DNA of 63,815 nucleotides, counting the filler, from Dugesia japonica (Eukaryota): the NCBI GenBank assembly GCA_001938525.1. It is 6 parts of 6 records of this genome, joined end to end, with 100 filler letters (N's around TTAATTAATTAA, not from the genome) between each part and the next. Parts side by side here need not be neighbours in the genome. Positions count along the whole stretch, not along the records: positions 18,256 to 31,433 come from MQRL01608940.1; positions 31,534 to 39,867 come from MQRL01644525.1; 4 more parts are not named here. One strand, 5' to 3'. The translations under genes and the position numbers were made by a program. Within the stretch, counting starts at the first letter, position 1. Every line of letters starts with the position of its first letter. The notes beneath the pieces are model-generated. The model ran no database searches, had not been told where the DNA came from, and saw only the letters and a list, made by a program, of their open reading frames with translations. Below are positions 23,389 to 35,390 of the stretch, in pieces.

Positions 23389-25496
23389 AATAATGAGTCT
23401 GTGTGCAACAATAAATAAAATATAAATATAAATATAAATATAAATAAAAAGGAATAAAATATGAATGGTCAGATGTACAACATGTAATTAGAAAAGGTAT
23501 AATTCATTTAAATTATAATACTTAATTATTAATTAATTAAAGTCCTAGATTTAGAAAAAGATTCAGTATTCTAGATAACATAAATATACCTATACCAGAT
23601 TAAAGAGAAGATATGAGTTGATGATAATGACCCAATTTAATGTCAATGTATATGCTTTAATAAATCTTAGATAATAGATCTTGCTATTTCTTTTATTTTT
23701 AATTGTTTGATCTAAACATTTTTTGAACAGTATATGAGTTACATGTACTGGGGGTAAATAATGAAGTCATTGAATAACTAATTGTATATTTTAAGTAAAT
23801 TGAACAAATGTAGGTAAAGTAAGTTAGGGATTGATGATATAATAGTGTGATCTAGTCTTACTGTAAAACATTGGCTTACTCTGACTATTGGTTTTACTGA
23901 ATTATATTAAATGTATAGGTGTAATGAATGTATCGGGTTCAATGCATGTACTAGGTTTATTGATTGTATTGGGTTTATGAATGTATCGGGTTTAATGATT
24001 TGTATTTGTTTATATAAAAGATATACATATGTTGACATATTTTCCTTTATAATATTAAACAATTGCAAAATATTTGACTTATATATACGAATAACAAATT
24101 TTTAAAATTTGAAAAGATTACATTTATTGCAAACAATTAATTTAAACAAAATATATTTAAGATTTTAATAGAATTAATTAATAATTTTATAGTAAGCTTA
24201 TTTCTAAAATATGACTAAATAACATTCAGGTTTTAAGTACCATATTGTCAAGAATTGTTGACTTGTACCCATAAAACAAATATGTGTAACAACTTTTAAT
24301 AATCCAAAGGAAGACAAATGTATGATATCAAAGGAAACCCTCAGATATAAATAAATAGAGTATGACTTCTGTGAAATCTTAGATAAACTTCCATGACTAC
24401 TCATAAATTTTGAATAATTTACCAACACATCTCTGAAATTCTGGGTAAACTTTGAACATATTTCGGAAATATTTGAATTATTTTCCCATTGTTTTTCAGA
24501 AGGTTTGAAAATTTTTCAACACTTCTCTGAAATTCTTTATAATATTTCGACTTTTCTCTAAAATTCTTCGTAAATTCCTAACACGTCTCTAAAATTCTGT
24601 ATAATATTCCAACCCTTCCTTTCTAATACTTCTAAAATGATCTAATCATTTATTTTTTATTATCACCATCTGTCAACCTCTCTGCTTGCTCCTCCTCATT
24701 CTACTCGTCTGCTCTTCTGCTTTCTCCATTTCTTCTTTCCTCTAAAACGTTTAGTAATTTGTAGAAATATTTCCTTCATTTCNATGTATTAATGACTAAT
24801 AAGAATAAAATCATATTGCTCGCGGCATACTTTACTTATAATTTTCAACAATTGTTTTATTGATTGTATTTAGTTCTATAATGTTTAATAGACTTGTATA
24901 GTATAATTTTTAAATGAATTAAATGTATGATGGTTAATTGTATCAAAGCTCTGATAATATTTGTTTGAAATTTCCATATATGTATAATATTAGTGCATAG
25001 ATATAATAAAAGCACTAAAACTTTTATCAAGTTTTATTCAAGTACAGGATTTATATCTTCAAGGTATTCCTGAATATGTCTCAGAATATGTCTCAGAATA
25101 GATTCTTTACACTGATTACATAAATAAGCGAATTGAAAAGATAGCAAAGAAACATTTTGATTACGACATCAATATTAAATCCTATACTTTCATATTGTTA
25201 AGAAAATATTCAATTGGTAATTCATTTTCAAATTTACAACTATTTTTAGACATAATTTATTTCAACTCACACAGCTATCTCACTCATATTATCATATAAT
25301 AATAGAACCATTAAATTACTTATATACAATTAAATAGCTTTCTATTGGATAAAATTACTAATTAATAATTATTTCTTTATATCCCCGCTTCTTAAGAAAC
25401 TTTCTACGTTTTTCCACATTTCTTTATTATCGCTTTTCATTTTCTAGTTGTACTGCATACCGCTTTTCCTTAATTTTCTCAATTATTCGATAAGGA

Positions 25497-26100
25497 AGTA
25501 GGTGGTTACATGCTTTCTAGACTAGATGATTGACAGTTCACCTCACACCTCATAAAATAAACAACAATAAGCTGATCTTTACACCTTTGGAGTCAACTTT
25601 CACACATCGTAATACAAACAACAATAGTTGTGAATTTCCAGAATTTTACATACATTATTTTATTGTTTTTTTTATTAGGTGTGCATTTTCACACTTTTAT
25701 CTTTAATTTTCTCTCTTAAAAATAAAAACAACGATTTTCAGGAATTTCTACACAATACCTTTTATTATTGACCTGTGAAATTTCACACTTTATTATTTTT
25801 TATTAGCGTTTTCATGATTCATTCGTGAGACCATTGGAACTTTCAAGCACTATGCGTTATGCATTGATATATGAATAACATGGTTTTATGATTTTAATGT
25901 TTTTTTTAGATTTGAATTTTAACACATTATTGTAAACAATTATTTTTACAAATATTTTTTTATTTATATCTATGAATTGTCACACCGTATTGTAATCAAT
26001 TAACTTATCATTATTTTTTTACTGACATGTGCATTTTCACACCTTCAAAATATTATTTATATTTTATGGCGTGAACTTTCACTCCGTAATTTTCATAATA
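25497..26100. mobile_element. Probable left terminus of the Polinton at 26.2-30.9 kb with TTTCACAC subrepeats
   Basis: Starts AGTAGGTGG; about eight GTG(A/C)A(A/T)TTTCACAC-like motifs follow. Confidence 0.45.
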
Positions 26101-26187
26101 TTTCATAAAAAATGATAAGTCTCAAATAATATTTTTTCTGTGAAGAATATAAGAATTTATTCATGATCTTTCACCATTATTCAGTAC

Positions 26188-26188
26188 A

Positions 26189-26233
<45 letters not shown>
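26188..26233. repeat. (ATT)n microsatellite
   Basis: About 14 ATT units. Confidence 0.95.
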
Positions 26234-26255
<22 letters not shown>

Positions 26256-26266
26256 ATTAAAAATAT

Positions 26267-26773
26267 TCACAGCAAAAGAAAAATTTGTTTAAATGATGAC
26301 AAGTAATGTACACAAAGTTTTAAACATTTTTTATAAGCACAATAATCTCCATGATTATAATATGGACAAAAAATATTATCTGGTATACTTAATTGCAGGC
26401 GCTCATCTGTTTTATTATAATTGACAATTCGAAGATTGGGGAAAAATTGCTTGAGAGTATTTATTTTCTTTCCATTTACTTGATCATTCACATAAAACAG
26501 TGCGTCATTTGGAATTGCTTTTAAGTCATTGAGTATTCTAGATGGATCAAAGTTTGAATATCCATCAATCTTTCTGAGATGATGACGTCAGAGCCGTAAG
26601 TACTCATTAGTCGTTTGAGCCCGTTTTGATAAACAACCCATTAATTCCGTCATGGCAAACAAGTAATAAAACGGTTGAAGAATATTATCCACATTCATTA
26701 TACATAATTCATTAATTCAATAGTTGGCATTATTATCCTGAAAGGCTTCAATATCAATGAAAAATACAGACAT
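26267..26773 (-). pseudogene. Conserved Polinton protein with DEDD-nuclease-like N-terminus and C-terminal Cys/His cluster
   Basis: MSVFFIDIEAFQ...NEYL..HH...G...CPYYNHGDYCAYKKC; lies downstream of the protease. Confidence 0.55.
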
Positions 26774-26801
26774 TTTCAAATATTTATTGATAATCACACC
26801 A

Positions 26802-27150
26802 TTATGGTTTATAATCATACTTGCCTTTGAGCCATTCAATACAATATTTCCCACATAAAAATGTTAATGTATTCTGGTAAAAAACTTGATTATACTCGAC
26901 ACGTTACTGCATACGCTCCAATTTTGTGACCAGCAATGGTGGGTAAAACATACCCATTGGATCAATAGCATAAATAATATTTGGCTTGACATGAATAGCA
27001 ATACAATGCTCACCATCTAAATTTGATGTATGTCTATTGATTACATAAGATCCTTTTTGAAAAAAGTCCGGTAAACGTTACAGTGGATACACTCCCTTGA
27101 ATCGCCTGATGCCCAGAATACGTTTCAATATTGTTTCAATATAAAAAGTA
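26802..27150 (-). pseudogene. Adenain-like cysteine protease
   Basis: FKGVYP..LP...YVIN...GEHC(W)IA...IDPMG...YQ...CGKYC. Confidence 0.85.
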
Positions 27151-27193
27151 TTATCAATAAATAAATTCTCTTTATAAAAAGACAATTCCTATT

Positions 27194-28300
27194 TCATGAC
27201 ATACACAACACACATACATATATGTATTTGTTATACAACACTACTTCATTCTTGGTGATTTGGATTGCCAAATCAAAACCTCCATATGCATAAATTGTCA
27301 CTGATTCCGCCAAGGCTTTATGGAATCGCATATCCAACTTGGAATTGCCGGTTTTTAGCAATTTTGCATGATCAACTGCAAAGTCCGGAGCCCATAAAAA
27401 GGTGAAAAACGTATACGAATCTTTAAATTTCTTCATTGTAATACCATTGGTTCGACCGACATTTAACAGACCCATATTATGAATAATCGATTGCACATAT
27501 GCCTCAGTATAGTCCATATCAAAGTCAGTAGTAAATGTTTCTCGACAATCAACGTTTCTTGCGAAGCATATTGAATGTGGAGCTAAATGAGCCATAATCA
27601 CCACTTGGTTGTTTTGATGATTGAAAAGCAATCAAAACAAATTTTTGTATATGTTCATCGAAAAAGAGATTATCTTTATATCCTCCATGCGAGTTCTTTG
27701 GAATTGTAAAATGTACGATATTGGTTTTCTGGAAAGGATAAGTTGCATTTTGAAGTTCCAATCTTTGACAATGTCCAAGCATAACTGACTGATCAACACA
27801 AACACGTCGCTCTACTAATTAGTTTGCTTCTATAAAATATGGTTGTGAATTCATCTCCACTGTATCAGTACCCTTGGTATAGTTGTAAATTACCGAACCA
27901 AAATTTCTCGTCAATTTGATTGTACATTAATTTCTAGCAACAAATACTTTGGTTGGTCAAAAAAATCCAAATTAAGTGCATCACAGAGCGTTAGCTTTGC
28001 AGAAGTTTTAATCCAACTCTTTCTCTTGTCATCGTCTTTATAATAACCAATGGCTTCAAGAAAAGTGTTTTTTGTATCCGATCCAAAATTCAATGCTGCT
28101 TCAATTACCGCCTTTTGCATTTACGTATAATTTGTATCCTTAACCTTTACATTATTTATTGTTAATAATGCTTCTTTGAAAAGAGTGTGAAGCAAATAAT
28201 TGGAAGGAATTGTGTTGGTAGTATCAGTTAATTCAAAATTCTTTCCATTATGCTTATACAACCTGTGGTATATTGTAGTCAAAAAGCGATAATTCAGTTT
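27194..28300 (-). pseudogene. Polinton major capsid protein (frameshifted)
   Basis: NYLLHTLF, QKAVIEAALNFGSD, FFDQPKYLL, ATYPF, DNLF, FKDSYTFFTF..PD, GNSKLDMRFHKALAESVTIYAY. Confidence 0.9.
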
Positions 28301-28316
28301 TTTCCGGAATTAATGG

Positions 28317-28697
28317 TTATTTGGTAAAGATGGTTCCACCTAGTCCTCGTCTTTTGTTTATACAGAATTTTATTTTATCTTTCCTTTTACGTAGTCCACT
28401 ACCATGCTGCCCATCAATAACTTCCTTTAATGAATTAAGTGCATTTCCCTTCAAATCCGGCAACATATTCATTGCTTGGTTTTTGATTGATTCTTTAAAT
28501 GACTGCTTCTTGTTTATAACATCATCAACAGGTTTAAGTGCTGCTTACCACAATAACTTTGCAATTGAAAGTCCGAATTTCTGCAAAATTGGAATTGCAA
28601 AACGTCCATTTCTATGCAGCCAATTTCCACCACCTTGTTTTTGTTGACTTTTGATAAAGTATGGCAAGTCTCCACCCATTTGTGGACGACTAAACAT
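28317..28697 (-). pseudogene. Polinton conserved protein resembling adenovirus pVI (QxGxG motif)
   Basis: QMGGDLPYF...QGGGNW...RFAIPIL...QHGSGLRKRK, immediately upstream of the major capsid gene. Confidence 0.6.
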
Positions 28698-28749
28698 TTT
28701 TATAATAGCTCAATCAACCATTTCAATAATAAATCAAATTGTAATCAAA

Positions 28750-30079
28750 TTGTAATCAAATTGTTTATACTTGTCGAAAATGTAGAGTTAAACTTGTTTT
28801 TGATCCATATATCGGAAATCAATCAATCGTCCCGCATCATCACGTATGTTTAATTCAATTTTGTTGATGGTGAATAAATTGGATTCTCAAGTCTTACATG
28901 TACAGGCTTATTATTATCAACTCATATACTCCTCAAAGATGGCACGCATACATCACCAACCAGAATTGGATCGGCTATTGATGAGTAAATATATAGTTCT
29001 CTGCTACCACCATGTAATAATGGTTTATGCAAACCATTTACTTGTTCTGTATACTTGCAGAATTTTGAAGAGGGAAGACCGAGTATTAGAGAAATACTCT
29101 CATCGCATGATACATATTTAACATTAAACATGACCAGTCCAAATTTTGAATCTATAAAAAATTCTTTAAATATTTTATGGTATAATTTTCTAAATGATGT
29201 AATCAGATGATCTATATCCATAACCATTAAATCACTTTCAAACTCAAAATAATTTATTTCTGTTTTGATTTCAGTAAATTTTAATTTAACATCAGTTTTG
29301 GCAATATTATCCCACATTCGAGTATCTGATTCGATAAATGAATCAATCGGTTTGCTTTTCGTCTTTTGCGAATTACATCCCAGGAACCGAACATTAAACA
29401 ATGAATTAAAATCCAATTCCATATTGCAATCAAATTTGATAATTATTTTCTTTTTACCATTAATACTGATTTCGCAATTCTTTTTATTTTTAAAACCAGA
29501 AACAACAGGTTTTCCATTTTTAACCTTAACATTTAAATTTTCTTCAATTTCTTTTATTTTAGCTTTTTATTCCTCAATGGTATTATTCTTGAATTTTTAA
29601 GATATTGATTGAATATTTTCCAGAATCACTTGCTTATCAGATTCGATAACTGAAACTAATGGCTTCTTATTTTTGGTATTGATTAAATTGAATCCAAACC
29701 TTTTAGCATCTGATAACGATTTAAACTCCACTTCTACTTGACAATTTGTTTTTATTATTACTTTCTTTTCATCGGAAAATATACACCAACTATATTTATT
29801 GATAGGGACGGTATTATTATTAAGTTGAAGACTACCATTTTAAATACTTAATTTAAATTGATCTTCAACTTCCACGATCTCTCTTATTTTATATTCAATT
29901 TGTAAACTTTCCCGTACAGTCTGTGGACAATAATAGAAAACCAATTCTGTCATGGCAACTTCCCAATGCTCATCTTTTAAATTGATGACATTCTCATAGT
30001 CAACTAAATACTTGCTCGTATTATTTACAGGTCGACTTCTTGGACAACTATTGCTTGGCAAAACTATATAGAAACTCAT
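28750..30079 (-). pseudogene. Polinton minor capsid (penton) protein with a large internal insert
   Basis: N-terminal MSFYIVLPSNS...NNTSKY...INL..HWEVAMTEL; C-terminal LYIYSSIADPILVGDVCVPSLRSI. Confidence 0.85.
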
Positions 30080-30921
30080 TATTGGATTTGAGATGCTTGA
30101 ATCCACGTAGGCGTTAAAAAGCCATTCCATTCATCTAGATATTGTTAATATTGTCCTTGACTTTTGGTTTTTAAAATTAATTTGATTCGATATATACTTG
30201 GTTTTTCCGGCAACACTTGTAATTCCTGCTAATAAAATTTGCCTTGAATAATATTACTATCTTCATCACGCATTGCATACATGACTGGGGTTTGTCTCGT
30301 GTTGATTTTCGATTTTTGAAAGACTTCATCACTACAATTATTATCAAGGTTTTTGATGAATGGTGTAGTGCTAATTCGAGAAATCCGTACATGTTGTCCA
30401 ATTTTATATTTTGATTTTGGCTTTTTATATATGAAAAATTGCGTATAATCATCACCATCTGTAACATCAACTGGTTTTTTCCTCCCCGATACCTCTTTGC
30501 TTAGAATAGCTGCATGCATAAATAATTTTTGGTAAAACAAGTATTCAATTTTTGTTACCTTGTTTAATTGTGTGCTGAGTGTTCGATTAAAACGCTCAAC
30601 TAAAGCAGCCTTGTACTGAGAAAATACTGAATAGTGCAGTATACTATATTGTTTCAGTAATGATGTTTCCTGGCTATTGTAAATCTCTTTACCAAAAGCA
30701 GTCTAAATAGCTTTCGGGTGAACATCTTTAAACATTTCCGCCAAAACCAACAAAATATCTTTACCAGATTTCCGTTTTACTGTAACCGCACGCAAAAATC
30801 CAATAAATACATCAACACATGTCAATATATATATAATCATTATTTATGCTTGCATATGGAATCATTTCCATCAAATCCTTTTGCCATAGTCTATTAACGC
30901 CAGCAACAATATATTTCCGTG
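30079..30921 (-). pseudogene. Polinton integrase with C-terminal chromodomain-like region, 5'-truncated by an insertion
   Basis: RKYIVAGVNRLWQKDLMEM, LTCVDVF, GKEIYN, KAALVERFNRTL, YKIGQHVRISR, SDEVF, IIQGKFY, QYLDEWNGF..TWI. Confidence 0.9.
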
Positions 30922-31433
30922 AGTAGATATATAGTAGCAGACCGCACCACGCACACATTCAGTAACGCCCCCACCCCCCCGCCGTGACGTAACGAAATTT
31001 AATCCTAATGTATTTAGTTAAAAAATTTAAAAATTGCACCATAAATTGCATCATTAGGCAATAGTACTTAATTTGGGGTTACTTTTTTCCTGTGTATTTA
31101 GTCGAGAAAATTTTTTAGGCTTTTTAAGCGGTAATGTGGTGTTACTTTTTCCCTGTGTATGTAGTTGGGAATTTATTCGGTGAGGTCGAATGCGGTTGAT
31201 TTTTGATTAGTTCAAGTGAATTTGGTCTGAAATTTTCTCGGTGAGGTCGAATAAGGTTGATTTTTGAGTGATTCAGGGAAATTTGGTCAATTATTTCCTC
31301 GGGATTGGTTGGTTTGGAAAATCTTTGGGCGTTTGGTTAAATTTTTCCTCAGGATTGACGATTTTTGGGTGATTAAGGTGAAATTGGTTGCAATTTTTCT
31401 TGATGTCGAATGAGGTTGAATTTTTATTGGTTC
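30922..31433. mobile_element. Left terminus of a Polinton-type element, same family as 11700-13027
   Basis: AGTAGATATATAGTAGCAGACCGCACCACGCACACATTCAGTA... is the reverse complement of the sequence ending at 13027. Confidence 0.75.
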
Positions 31434-31533
31434 NNNNNNNNNNNNNNNNNNNNNNNNNNNNNNNNNNNNNNNNNNNNTTAATTAATTAANNNNNNNNNNN
31501 NNNNNNNNNNNNNNNNNNNNNNNNNNNNNNNNN
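31434..31533. other. Artificial contig linker
   Basis: 44N-TTAATTAATTAA-44N. Confidence 0.95.
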
Positions 31534-32427
31534 ATATCAAGATGGAAACAACATCAAGAGAAAAAATAAAAGAATAAGGAGAAAAATTAATTAAAACATC
31601 AAAACCTCGAAGCCCAACAAGTTTATTGAGATGTGGAGATCCGGATCCTAAAATATATAAAAAACCACCATTACATGCACTGTAATTTTGCTATTTTTCT
31701 AAGATTTTACAAATGTTTACATATAATTTTTTTAATGAAAACATGTCTTTTTAAGTACACTTTTTCTACGGCTTTTTTTTCTCTACGGGTTGTGTTTTGT
31801 TTTTGTTACTCTTTTTTACAATTATTGTTAATATCAATATAATAATATTAATCACATTAAATTATCTGCTCTTCTTAAATATTCTTAAACATATTTTTAA
31901 TAAGATTAAACTGTAGGGTTTATGGAAGCAAAAGTCTTATTGTACGATTTTTTCCTTCCATGATTTCTTTTACAGTTGAATTTTATGAAAAAGATACATC
32001 ATCAATAATAAATATACACGTGTTAAATTCGTTTTCTTCAATTTAATTTAACAATGAAACAAAAGAAATTTCGAAGTTTATCAAATAAAAAGCATTATTT
32101 TGATTTAGAAAATGTCACCATAATTATTCTTTCTATACCATATGCTAATGCTTTGTGATCTTATTTCTAATGAAACGTCCATATTTAGATGTCATGAAAA
32201 TATTAAATTAAACTTTATCAATAAAAAATTAGTTTGTCATCTTTAAAAGTAAAAAAAGTTTTAAAAACTCCTTACATATTCTTTTCTTTGTGAAATCAAA
32301 TAATCATTTCTATTTCGTTCAACAATAACGATTACACTTTTATAGGTATATTATAAATCTTTCAAAGCTTTTCTATGATTATTACTAAAATCACATTATA
32401 AAATCTTTGTGAAACCACTAGTATTAA

Positions 32428-32686
32428 CCTTCGAGTACCGAAACCTCTAAAATTGGATCGGGTATTGAAATGGGGTAAAATGTGACCCCATTAAAATTTG
32501 AGTATTTCACTATATTAAATTTCATAAAAAGCTATAAACATATTTATAATACATATTAAATAATGAATAATATAAAATAACTGGAAGAAATGAAAGAGTA
32601 TTGCGGAAATACTTTTTATATTCTACAAAATTTTGAAATAATAAGAATTTTGGAGTATATTATAATCCCATTCAGAAACGAAAGGG
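32428..32686. mobile_element. piggyBac-type MITE
   Basis: TTAA|CCTTCGAGT...ACGAAAGGG|TTAA. Confidence 0.55.
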
Positions 32687-32699
32687 TTAAGCACTTTAA

Positions 32700-33149
32700 C
32701 CCATTAATGCCCATCGTACATACTTATGTACACCTGATCGAAATGCAATCGTGCGTGTTTTCTTATGATTATTATGAAAGTAAGTCCTTATTCAAACACT
32801 AGACAATACTAATGATCTATGAAAAAATGTAATTTGCCAGTAGCGCATAAATAAATGTCATTGCTTTATGCTTTGTGTTGTGAATAGTGAACAAGATTAT
32901 TCAGGTAAGATGTTTATATTGTTTTTTCTTAGAAATAATAACATAAATACAGTTGTTTTTGATTATTGCCTATAAATGAACTGCAATAAAACATTAATTA
33001 TTATTGCGACGATATTTTTCATTGATTGCATCCTAGTTTATATGATATCTTATTTTTTTTTCATAAATCATTTTGTTCTGTGATTTTGTTTAAATAAATA
33101 GTAATTAAACATTATTTTCACTTGTAATTTTATTTTTGGAGTTAATGGG
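32700..33149. mobile_element. piggyBac-type MITE
   Basis: TTAA|CCCATTAA...TTAATGGG|TTAA terminal inverted repeats. Confidence 0.7.
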
Positions 33150-34489
33150 TTAATACAACATCGCATTTCGTCGACTTTGTTTCTAATTTTTTTTATTAAC
33201 CAGACTAACAACGTTGCTCTTTTTATACGGTTTTCCAACCTACTTATTCTTAAAATACTAATTATTGTACTTTGTTAAATTAAAAACTTGAGATATTTCA
33301 TTTTTGGGATCACCATCGATATTATTTTAAACAAATGAATTTCATTTTTCATTATTGAGTCTTACATAATTTAAGTTTCTTTATAATAATTAAAATGATG
33401 ACTATTAAATTTGGGTTTAAATATATTAGAATAAGGTTTAAATCCTGTATAATATTTATTTTTATTTATAGCAAATTAAAATAATTATCTATAAAAAAAT
33501 TTCACAATAAATAGTTAAAATATAATTATAGACATTATTTGATATTTTCAATTATAAAATCCGCGTCAGAATGATAAAATACACTAAAATTAGATGAAAT
33601 GCTAAATAGTAGGTTCTTCTGTAGGTACGGCTTCTTGTTTGTGAGATCCTTTACATGTGCTGCGTATAGGTCTTGCATATATCATATTTTCAATTGGTTG
33701 ATATGCTAGAATCTGAATAATATAAATTAATTTTAATTAGTTTAACTAAAATTTATTTGATGAAGAAAAAAAATAATTAATCTTGGGGCGCCAACCATCC
33801 TTCAGATTTAAAATTGAAAATAAAAAACTGATTAAAATTTCATTAAAATAATCCAGAATCCGGCTAACTTCAGTCCTTTATCCAGATTTGTTTTAATTTA
33901 TTATTTTAATTAACTTTAATATTTAATTCTTAAATTTATTTATCAAATGTGAATGAAAAACGGTCATCTTAAGGGCCATAATAAATTGATTTCTTGACGA
34001 ATGAACAGAAGAAAAAACGGCACATAAAATTTTATTTATTATTTCATATTTTAGATTATTATTGCTAAATTAGAAATATGTTTTATCAAATTTTCTTTAT
34101 CTGAAGTTAATCCATAGTTCTTAAAAATAATTTCTATTTTTAAAAAAATTTTTCTATAAAGAGAAATTTTGATTTTAATATGTTTAACGATGAAATGAAT
34201 TAATTTTAAAATTGATGATCGAATAAATACGACAGAATATAAAAATTTAATTACCAGAGTTTTCAGAAATAAAGCAAAAACCTTTTAAAAAACATTGGTT
34301 AATTATATTGACATATGAATATTACATTTTACAATGCCTTTTTATTGTAAATGCAAAATATTCTTATTTAGATGACAATTAATAATTTAAATATTGATAA
34401 ATAATAAATAGAGCTGTTATAAAAAAATTGATTAATTCAAGGGCAGATGGTTTTAGTAATAACAGAAATAATTGAAAATCCATTAAATT

Positions 34490-34882
34490 ATAAATCCAAA
34501 AAGTGAAAATCTTATACAATTAAATAGAAACTTGCTGCTTTGAATAAATTGCCTGAGTACAATGGAAATATTACAGAAATATCAAGACAACTCAGTATAG
34601 ATAGGAAATCTCTAAGACGATGGCGTGATAATAAATCAAGACTTTTAAATTCAAATAAACCAGTTACTTCAAGATGTTTGGTAGCTGCACGTAGAAAAGC
34701 ATTTTTATCGATGAGGAAAACTGGATTTTGTAAAATGTATTTTTAGTATAATTAATAGTTTTTAAATGTTTTTTTCGAAAATTAAGTTTATGGACTTAAA
34801 TTTGGAAGGGCTTAATTTTGGGAAATTTAGGCTAGCTTTAAAATGTGATTTTTTCCGAATTTAAGTGCGGAAAACTGTGGTA
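34490..34882 (+). mobile_element. pogo/Tigger-like remnant: HTH DNA-binding domain plus terminal repeat
   Basis: KSYTIK*KLAAL...GNITEISRQLSIDRKSLRRWR; ends ...CGGAAAACTGTGGTA. Confidence 0.6.
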
Positions 34883-35019
34883 CATTTTACAAAATTAATT
34901 TCTAGGTTTATTATAATAATGATGATAACTGTTAAAAGGCAAAACTTATAAAACAAAGAAAAAATATGATTCTTTTATTTAATATGCATACCTTATACAA
35001 ATAATGAATTTTCAGACCT

Positions 35020-35390
35020 TATTGCAGTGTCAGACAATCGATGCTCTACGAAAACATTTGGAATTGTTAAAAATTTCTTAGATTGAGCAGCAAAGCAATA
35101 AAATTGTTGTGGCCATTTGAGAGCTCTTATCTTTGCGAGCATAGATTTTTAGCTCTCACAGGAATTAAGTCAAAGATGCGTGAAAGACTTCAAATGATCG
35201 ATGAGGAGCTGTGTGTTTGTCTTTCAGAAATTGCGCATCGAATCAATATTATTTGCGAAGAAAAAGAAACTCAACGTTCGTAGTGATCAAAAATAGAGTT
35301 TTACCTATGACAGATTAAACATTTATAAGTAAAATTTCTTTCACGTTTTTCAAGTTTTATAAGAAGCAGACAAATTTAAGAAACATAGCA
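35020..35390 (+). mobile_element. hAT (Buster-like) transposase C-terminal dimerization domain and 3' end
   Basis: AIKLLWPFESSYLCEHRFLALTGIKSKMRERL...ELCVCLS..RINIICEEK; terminal AAATTTAAGAAACATAG. Confidence 0.8.

Noticed and set aside
28321-29600. Plus-strand ORFs (108, 79, 91 and 111 aa)
   Set aside because: They are antisense shadows of minus-strand Polinton genes.
11700-31433. One Polinton bounded by inverted repeats at 13027 and 30922
   Set aside because: The termini face outward, each truncates a gene, and an artificial linker lies between them.
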